A stretch of DNA of 64,000 nt from a virus, in the IMG/VR virus record IMGVR_UViG_3300045988_115074, positions 173,303 through 237,302 of that record. The stretch is one strand, 5' to 3'. Within the stretch, counting starts at the first letter, position 1; every line of letters starts with the position of its first letter. Below, piece by piece: positions 39,287-45,188 of the stretch. The notes under the pieces were generated by a model. It was not told the origin of the DNA, made no database searches, and was given only the letters and a program-made list of their open reading frames with translations. The position numbers and the translations under genes were made by a program.

Positions 39287-39330
39287 CTATCCTCTTTATC
39301 GCCTCTTTAGGCGTATGCTAAAGAGGATAG
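39287..39330. other. nested perfect hairpin CTATCCTCTTTA-TCGCCT-CTTT-AGGCGTA-TGC-TAAAGAGGATAG
   Basis: Read directly; part of a GC-richer hairpin cluster at ~39100-39335. Confidence 0.6.
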
Positions 39331-39360
39331 GGTTAAGAGGATTAGAAGATATTAAAAACC

Positions 39361-39445
39361 CATACTCACTCACGGATACTAACGTCGTAGACAGAATAAT
39401 GGATACTACCACTTGTAATTCATTTATTCGAGTGAGTGAGTATAG
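39361..39445. repeat. structured unit 1 of a tandem pair
   Basis: Closing stem ATACTCACTCAC/GTGAGTGAGTAT around a core beginning GGATACTA and ending CATTTATTCGA. Confidence 0.65.
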
Positions 39446-39468
39446 CATTAGTTGTACAACTCAAGAAA

Positions 39469-39553
39469 CCAAATACCACTACGGATACTAGTGCCACAGG
39501 CGAATAGAGGTATACCTTCTTGGATATACCATTTATTCGAGTAGTGGGATTTG
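39469..39553. repeat. structured unit 2 of a tandem pair
   Basis: Same core ends (GGATACTA ... CATTTATTCGA) but a different self-complementary closing stem CAAATACCACTAC/GTAGTGGGATTTG. Confidence 0.65.
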
Positions 39554-39741
39554 TGTAATGGTTGTAAACCTTTTACAAATAGTCTTTGGTTTATCCAAAG
39601 ACGTTAGTAACGTGCGTTGCTTCATTTGTCTTTTTATATCCTTTTATATCTTCTTGTTTAAGCAACGTAGTTACAAGAGAAAGCTTATGCTTTCTCTCTT
39701 TACTTATTTTTTATTTGTTTTTTATTTTTTTCTTTCTTTTT

Positions 39742-39833
39742 AGACTACTATATTATGAAACGAAGAGTGACCTTTCGAATGAAGTGATAACGGAATGAGG
39801 CGGGGAGCGATGAGTGGAATAATATAGTAGTCT
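39742..39833. other. 15-bp stem AGACTACTATATTAT/ATAATATAGTAGTCT closing a 62-nt loop, flanked on both sides by TTTCTTTCTTTTT
   Basis: Read directly. Confidence 0.6.
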
Positions 39834-39848
39834 TTTTCTTTCTTTTTT

Positions 39849-39907
39849 GGGGGGAAAGGGGGGTGGAGGAGGAAGAGGGTTGTTAGGGAGAAGGAGGAGG
39901 AGGGGGG
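39849..39907 (+). repeat. 59-nt purine/G-rich tract with G6, G6, G3, G3, G6 runs and repeated GGAGG
   Basis: GGGGGGAAAGGGGGGTGGAGGAGGAAGAGGGTTGTTAGGGAGAAGGAGGAGGAGGGGGG, unique in this AT-rich window. Confidence 0.8.
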
Positions 39908-39920
39908 AAAACCCCCCTTT
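39902..39920 (+). terminator. GGGGGG-AAAA-CCCCCC hairpin followed by TTT
   Basis: Read directly; only the plus-strand version is followed by U residues. Confidence 0.5.
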
Positions 39921-39938
39921 AAAATTTAACATAAAACC

Positions 39939-40003
39939 ATACGCTACAGCGTAGGGTTTACCCATTCCTTAATATACGCTCTAGCGTAGGGTATAATTAC
40001 CCC
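39939..40003 (+). promoter_or_regulatory. two tandem copies of ATACGCT-NN-AGCGTAGGGT-N3-7-ACCC upstream of the 40087 gene
   Basis: 39939-39963 and 39974-40003; each holds a TACGC/GCGTA palindrome plus a GGGT/ACCC pair. Confidence 0.5.
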
Positions 40004-40086
40004 TATTATCCATTCTAGCTAAGCTTATGAATGATTACTTTATAGTCGTTCTAATGTACATTTAACCCCTATAAGGAATATTAAAG

Positions 40087-40827
40087 ATGTCTAACCGTCA
40101 AAAACAACGCGGTAATAACCGCAATGGTATGAATCCTGCTAATGCAGAACCTATCCAGCTAGAAGAAGCAGAAGACTTGGAAGTATCTACTGAGGACTCT
40201 CCTTCCATTGAAGAAGGTCGTGAATACACTACCAATGATATTCTTCTACCAGATGCTACTGAGGAAATCCACAATCCTTCTGTAGACTTAGAACAAGAGC
40301 AAGAAGCAGACCGCCTTCGCCATGTAAAAGGTGAACTAGATGTAGATGAAGTACTAGGTTTAGTAAGCCTTACTGCTCGTATGTCTTTACTTGGCATTAT
40401 CGACTATATCGATAAGATGAATTCTTTCAAAGGCGTTATTCGTGTCCTAATGAATGATAAAGGTTTTGTGACTAATCAAGGCCCTATCATGCAAGCAGAA
40501 CTCTTCCGTAACATTATGGACATTATCACTAAGACTTCAGACTTAGATTTCCGCTACTCTATGGACTTACTGATGCAGTTGTTCGTAAAACATGGTAAAG
40601 AAGGTCAACCTCTTAACATCTTCTCTCTCATGCGTTTCCAAGAGAACATTCGTCTTGACTTAGTAGAACAGCAATGTTATCCTAACTTAATGACCATGCT
40701 ATCTGTATTAGCAGACCCTACTACTCGTAGTAGCAAAATCAATAAAGAAATTGATATGGGTCGTGCATTGCAATACGGCTTTAGTGAAATGGCTCGTAAT
40801 CGTCTTTTGGCTTACTTCGGACGCTAA
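40087..40827 (+). CDS. hypothetical protein (246 aa) with an acidic N-terminal third
   Basis: ORF track; AAGGA SD. Confidence 0.75.
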   Translation: MSNRQKQRGNNRNGMNPANAEPIQLEEAEDLEVSTEDSPSIEEGREYTTNDILLPDATEEIHNPSVDLEQEQEADRLRHVKGELDVDEVLGLVSLTARMSLLGIIDYIDKMNSFKGVIRVLMNDKGFVTNQGPIMQAELFRNIMDIITKTSDLDFRYSMDLLMQLFVKHGKEGQPLNIFSLMRFQENIRLDLVEQQCYPNLMTMLSVLADPTTRSSKINKEIDMGRALQYGFSEMARNRLLAYFGR

Positions 40828-40847
40828 TCTAGGTATAATAGACTTAT

Positions 40848-40877
40848 CTACACTAGAGGAATATTCCTCTAGTGTAG
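40848..40877 (+). terminator. hairpin CTACACTAGAGGA-ATAT-TCCTCTAGTGTAG
   Basis: Read directly. Confidence 0.65.
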
Positions 40878-40935
40878 TGAGTCGTTATTTAATGACTATT
40901 AATGGCTTATTTTTAACCAATAACAAGGAGTCCAC

Positions 40936-41742
40936 ATGAACATCAATGAATGGAACAAACTATTAATCAAAGCTGGTTGTAAGACAGCTGTAGCCCACCA
41001 ATGGGCACCTTACTTTGCTAAGCATTGTAATACCTTTAAAATCAACACACCTAAGCGTATAGCCTCATTCCTAGCCAATGTAATGGTAGAGTCTATCTTC
41101 CTAACTACCATGCGTGAGAACTTACGCTATTCAGCAAAAGGTTTAGCTAATACATGGCCTAACCGTTATTCTCAAACAGGTAAGAAAGGTGGTTTACCTA
41201 ATGCTAAAGCAAATGCTATTGCTGGTAATCCTATGGCCATTGCTAACCACTGTTATGCTAACCGTATGGGTAATGGTTCTGAAGCTTCTGGAGATGGATG
41301 GAAACATGCTGGTAAAGGCCCTATTCAATTAACTGGTAAAGACAATTACATTCGTTTCTTTAAGGAGAATAACCTACCCCTTAACACAGACACTGATAAG
41401 CTTCTAGAGCCTGATTTAGGCGCATTAGCAGCTTGTTGGTTCTGGAGTAAAGCCAATATTAACGCTAGTGCTGATGCAGGTGATTTTGATGGTTGTTGTG
41501 ATAGGGTAAATATTGGTCGTAAGACTAAACCTATTGGTGATGCTCATGGTTATACTAACCGTAAGAAGGTCTATAATGTTCTTTTACCTTACTTAGAGAA
41601 TAATCTTTCTAACTTACTAAAAGATGGTGGTACTATTCCTAACGTACCTGCTATGGAGATTATCAGTAACATTCAAGAGATTGAAGAAGCTGAATATAAT
41701 GGTGAGATAGAAGAATCTGTAGAGACTTTTGAAGAACTGTAA
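40936..41742 (+). CDS. endolysin, glycoside hydrolase family 19 type
   Basis: ASFLANVMVESIFLTTMRENLRYS and YANRMGNGSEASGDGWKHAGKGPIQLTGKDNYIRF match GH19 catalytic-region motifs (FLAQ..HES, GDG..GRG.IQLTG..NY). Confidence 0.8.
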   Translation: MNINEWNKLLIKAGCKTAVAHQWAPYFAKHCNTFKINTPKRIASFLANVMVESIFLTTMRENLRYSAKGLANTWPNRYSQTGKKGGLPNAKANAIAGNPMAIANHCYANRMGNGSEASGDGWKHAGKGPIQLTGKDNYIRFFKENNLPLNTDTDKLLEPDLGALAACWFWSKANINASADAGDFDGCCDRVNIGRKTKPIGDAHGYTNRKKVYNVLLPYLENNLSNLLKDGGTIPNVPAMEIISNIQEIEEAEYNGEIEESVETFEEL

Positions 41743-41781
41743 TTTTTAAAATATAATTTTTTTATTATAGTTTACTCTATA

Positions 41782-42273
41782 TGAAAGAAGTAGTAACAAA
41801 TAGCAATCCGAACCGTAAATGCTTTTCCCCTTTCGTTTGTCATTTACCAGAGGAGATTGCTATCTTGGTGGAATATAGGACGAATTAGTCTTTTGATATT
41901 GTTAACTTGGGTGATTTACTTAAGTAATTGGTTGGGTAAGTCCTAATACATTCCTTTATACTACTTCTTTCAACCTTATTCTAAATAAGGGTTTGTTACC
42001 TTAACAACACGTATCATCCGTGGTGTACGTAATAAGCAAAGCTTCAGAGTAGTACGGGGCCTTAGGGAAACGAGAAGTAGACACGTCCTTCCTGTCGGGG
42101 ATCGGCAGGCGCTGAGCATGACCAGAGCGTAGTCCATACATTAACATCATTAACAAAAACAACACCTTTAACAAAAAAATCATCATCAAAAAAATCAAAA
42201 TTATCATCTTTAACAATAAAATTAGCAGTATAATGTTTTTGGTCGGCTCAGGGGTGGTGTCCCTGGGTCGGCC
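41782..42273 (+). ncRNA. candidate large structured non-coding RNA (function unknown)
   Basis: No credible ORF; 14-bp long-range stem 41782-41795/41959-41972 enclosing the 9-bp stem 41800-41808/41855-41863; GC-rich block 42050-42135; ~95-nt G-free tract 42127-42225; 13-bp hairpin 42241-42273 with three G-U pairs valid only in plus-strand RNA. Confidence 0.45.
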
Positions 42274-42377
42274 TCCGGCAACGGATATGAAAAATAACTA
42301 TAAATTAAAAATATAGAAACATATACAATTATGGTGTAAAGACACAATAGTCTTTATTTTATATAAAGGAATTACCG

Positions 42378-42455
42378 ATGGAAAATGTAGGTGAAGTGTT
42401 TTCTACGGTAGTAGTCATTATCTTAATTGTATTGATGGTGATTAGCCGTGAATGA
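42378..42455 (+). CDS. micro-ORF, 25-aa hydrophobic peptide
   Basis: TTATATAAAGGAATTACCGATG box; MENVGEVFSTVVVIILIVLMVISRE. Confidence 0.45.
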   Translation: MENVGEVFSTVVVIILIVLMVISRE

Positions 42456-42459
42456 CATC

Positions 42460-42555
42460 ATGACCATCTTAATTTATATTATCCTGATTGCCTATTTCTT
42501 GGTAACAGGATACTTATTTTATAAACTCTATATCCCAAAAAGGAAAGACAAATGA
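42460..42555 (+). CDS. micro-ORF, 31-aa hydrophobic peptide
   Basis: MTILIYIILIAYFLVTGYLFYKLYIPKRKDK; its stop overlaps the ATG of the next gene (ATGA). Confidence 0.45.
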   Translation: MTILIYIILIAYFLVTGYLFYKLYIPKRKDK

Positions 42556-42944
42556 AAACCCTATTTCAAAACTTATTCCGATTGTTTTCTAAAAAACACC
42601 ACTTCGATGATATCAATAAACTCGAAGAAATCGATAGAATCTTAACTCGAGCTAATAAATTGGATAAAACAGAAGATAGCTTTACTCTGTCTAATGGCGA
42701 TACCCTTGTTGATAACGACAATGTTATCGTAATGGGTTGGCACATCTACTGTAACCCTCAGCAACTCAAAGAAGTCTTAGAAGGTGTTCCTAAATATTTG
42801 GCTCGTATTCGTGTTGAATCTACCACCGATATTGATGTATATGGAAATGAAATTGAGTATTTCCGTGAAGAATATCGTTTTACCATTGAATCTGATAAAA
42901 CAAATGTATTTATCTTTACATTTGAAACTGCTGAAATGGTGTAA
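42552..42944 (+). CDS. hypothetical protein (130 aa)
   Basis: ORF track. Confidence 0.7.
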   Translation: MKTLFQNLFRLFSKKHHFDDINKLEEIDRILTRANKLDKTEDSFTLSNGDTLVDNDNVIVMGWHIYCNPQQLKEVLEGVPKYLARIRVESTTDIDVYGNEIEYFREEYRFTIESDKTNVFIFTFETAEMV

Positions 42945-42946
42945 CC

Positions 42947-43225
42947 ATGATTAAAGAAGTATTGATTAAAAATCGTTTACAAGAGTGTGCTTTTGTAGAC
43001 GATAATTTAGAAGAAATCGAAACATGGTTATTGAAACATGGAGTAGAATCTTCTATCTGTAATACAGAAAATAACATTTATGTTGATTCTTATTACGGAG
43101 AATTGAAAGCGGTCAAAGGCGATGTGATTGCATTTGTTGATGACCACAAGACAGGTGAAATCATTAAGAAACCTATTGTCTTCTCCAAACGTGGCTTTGA
43201 ACTACTCTTAGAACAAACCCGTTAA
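42947..43225 (+). CDS. hypothetical protein (92 aa)
   Basis: ORF track. Confidence 0.65.
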   Translation: MIKEVLIKNRLQECAFVDDNLEEIETWLLKHGVESSICNTENNIYVDSYYGELKAVKGDVIAFVDDHKTGEIIKKPIVFSKRGFELLLEQTR

Positions 43226-43254
43226 TCTTAAATCTTATATAAAGGAAATTAAAC

Positions 43255-43572
43255 ATGTTTACTAACTTGAAATCTATCTACACTGACGCATTGGGTTATG
43301 AACTCAATGACCTCTACAGACTCTGTAAAGAGAAAGGATACAAAGAATATCCTGACTCTAAGGAGCACACACATCCACAAGGTTACGGCGTGTATAAAAC
43401 AGATAACCAAGAATTTATTGTACCACTTTACAGCCATTGTACCATTGACCCAATTACTATCGAAAACGGTATCCCTACATTGAATATTGGTAGTACATTG
43501 GCTGAATACTCTACCAAACATGGTTTTGTAAGTACTTTTGGTAATGACTCTTTATTCGTTATCAAAGACTAA
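43255..43572 (+). CDS. hypothetical protein (105 aa)
   Basis: ORF track; TATATAAAGGAAATTAAACATG box. Confidence 0.7.
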   Translation: MFTNLKSIYTDALGYELNDLYRLCKEKGYKEYPDSKEHTHPQGYGVYKTDNQEFIVPLYSHCTIDPITIENGIPTLNIGSTLAEYSTKHGFVSTFGNDSLFVIKD

Positions 43573-43664
43573 TTCTATTAACCTTCTGTTTAGGGTTTAA
43601 CAGAAGTAAATAACTTAAACCCATTCTTTAATTCAAACTAAATACTTTAAAAAGGAAATCAAAA

Positions 43665-45074
43665 ATGACTAAAATGACTAACATTGCCCTGGCCGTAATT
43701 GCTGCTGCTGCATCTACTACTGTGTTGGCAGACAATTCAGTAACAGGTACCTACCATGTTACTCAAGGTGATAAAATCACTGTAACTGGTAGTGGTAATA
43801 CCACCGTAGGTACAGACCTGGTAAACAAAGGTCTCTCCAATACCGCATTCGGTATCCATAACACTGTCGAAGGTAAAGACAGTGTAGTAGGTGGCCAACG
43901 TGCACAAGTGAAAGGCGATATGTCTGTTGCCATTGGCCATCACGCACAAGCTCTGGAATCAATGAATACAGCCATTGGTTCCGAAGCTTCTGCTATTGCT
44001 CAATCCTCTACCGCTATTGGTAAAGGTACCCGTACTTTAGGTATTGCCTCTACTGCCGTAGGTGCTCATGCTACTGCTGAACAAAATTCTGATGTAGCCA
44101 TGGGTTTGCACGCTAATGCCAAGGGTGGTCAATCAACCGCTATCGGTCAATCTACTACTGCTGAAGGTGGTCAGTCTACCGCGATTGGTTCAGGTGCTAC
44201 CTCTACTGGTCGTTTTTCTGTGGCTGTAGGCACAAATGCTAAAGCCAATAATGAGCATGATGTAGCTATTGGCTCTTTCTCTACTACAGAGAAAGCCGTA
44301 GGTACTTCTAGCGCCATTATTAATGGTGTAGAATACGGTACATTCAAAGGTCATAAACCTGTAGCTACTGTATCTGTAGGTAAAGAAGGTAGCGAGCGTA
44401 CCATTACCAATGTAGCTGCCGGTCGCGTTTCTGCCGAATCTACTGATGCAATCAATGGTTCTCAACTCTATTCTGTTGCTACTAAAGTAAGTGACAACAC
44501 AGCTTCTGTTGAAATCCTGAAAGAAGCAGTAGCAAGCAATGAAAGCAGTATCGCTGTTAATGCTAACCGCATTACTAGTAACACTCAAGCAATCCAAGGT
44601 ATTAACAACACCATTAACCAACACACTACTTGGAACGAAGCTCAAGATGACCAAATCGCTGAGCTGCGTAAACTCGTGAATGGTTTGCATGGTGACAATG
44701 CCGAAATCCGTAAAGAGCTTCACGATAACCGACGCGAAGCACGTGCAGGTATTGCTGGCGCTAACGCAATCGCTGCTATCCCACAACCTCACGCCCCTGG
44801 TCAAACGGCTATCGGTGTCGGTGCAGGCTACTTCAAAAACGAGGGTGCCGCAGCTGTTGGTGTTTCCCATATTTCTGATTCTGGTAAATGGGTATCTAAA
44901 GCTGGTATCAACGTAGACACTCGCCGTAACATTGGTATTGGTCTTGGCCTCTCTTATGTATTCGGTGGCGTAAAAGTACCTGTACAAACCAAAGAAGTGG
45001 TACATGAAGTAGTGCGTGAAGTGATTGTACGTGAAGTACCAGCACAACCTACTACTAAACGTATTCGTGGTTAA
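43665..45074 (+). CDS. YadA-type trimeric autotransporter adhesin-like protein with signal peptide
   Basis: Signal peptide MTKMTNIALAVIAAAASTTVLA; repeated S.A.G..A.A...S.A.G head motifs; neck ERTITNVAAGRVSAESTDAINGSQLYSV; coiled stalk; anchor GQTAIGVGAGYFKNEGAAAVGVSHISDSGKWVSKAGINVD..IGIGLGLSYVF. Confidence 0.85.
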   Translation: MTKMTNIALAVIAAAASTTVLADNSVTGTYHVTQGDKITVTGSGNTTVGTDLVNKGLSNTAFGIHNTVEGKDSVVGGQRAQVKGDMSVAIGHHAQALESMNTAIGSEASAIAQSSTAIGKGTRTLGIASTAVGAHATAEQNSDVAMGLHANAKGGQSTAIGQSTTAEGGQSTAIGSGATSTGRFSVAVGTNAKANNEHDVAIGSFSTTEKAVGTSSAIINGVEYGTFKGHKPVATVSVGKEGSERTITNVAAGRVSAESTDAINGSQLYSVATKVSDNTASVEILKEAVASNESSIAVNANRITSNTQAIQGINNTINQHTTWNEAQDDQIAELRKLVNGLHGDNAEIRKELHDNRREARAGIAGANAIAAIPQPHAPGQTAIGVGAGYFKNEGAAAVGVSHISDSGKWVSKAGINVDTRRNIGIGLGLSYVFGGVKVPVQTKEVVHEVVREVIVREVPAQPTTKRIRG

Positions 45075-45090
45075 TTAATATACTAACATC

Positions 45091-45123
45091 TATACTCCTG
45101 TCCTTTAATAGGGCAGGAGTATA
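45091..45123 (+). terminator. hairpin TATACTCCTG-N13-CAGGAGTATA
   Basis: Read directly. Confidence 0.6.
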
Positions 45124-45188
45124 GCTATGTTTAAGTATATTTTTTTAATTAATATTGTGATAGTTAATAGTTAATAAAGGAATATAAA

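Noticed and set aside
39558-39965. ORFs 39558..39743(+), 39586..39798(+) and 39753..39965(-)
   Set aside because: They are translations of homopyrimidine/homopurine tracts (poly-F/L/S, poly-P). No SD, and they overlap each other, so they are treated as non-coding.
42001-42216. 71-aa minus-strand ORF (MLKMIILIFLMMIFLL...)
   Set aside because: It is an artefact of the G-free A/C/T tract, which is stop-free on the opposite strand. It is low complexity with no start signal.
41782-42273. The idea that this region (TTCAGAGTAGTA word) is a seventh group I intron, or a known riboswitch (TPP, ZTP, ykkC)
   Set aside because: There is no host gene to interrupt and no GATATAGTC-type S element downstream of the R-like word. 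The remembered riboswitch consensus cores do not match.
43737-45047. Antisense ORFs inside the adhesin gene (up to 285 aa)
   Set aside because: They mirror a repeat-rich, GC-richer sense gene with an unmistakable YadA architecture. No SD.
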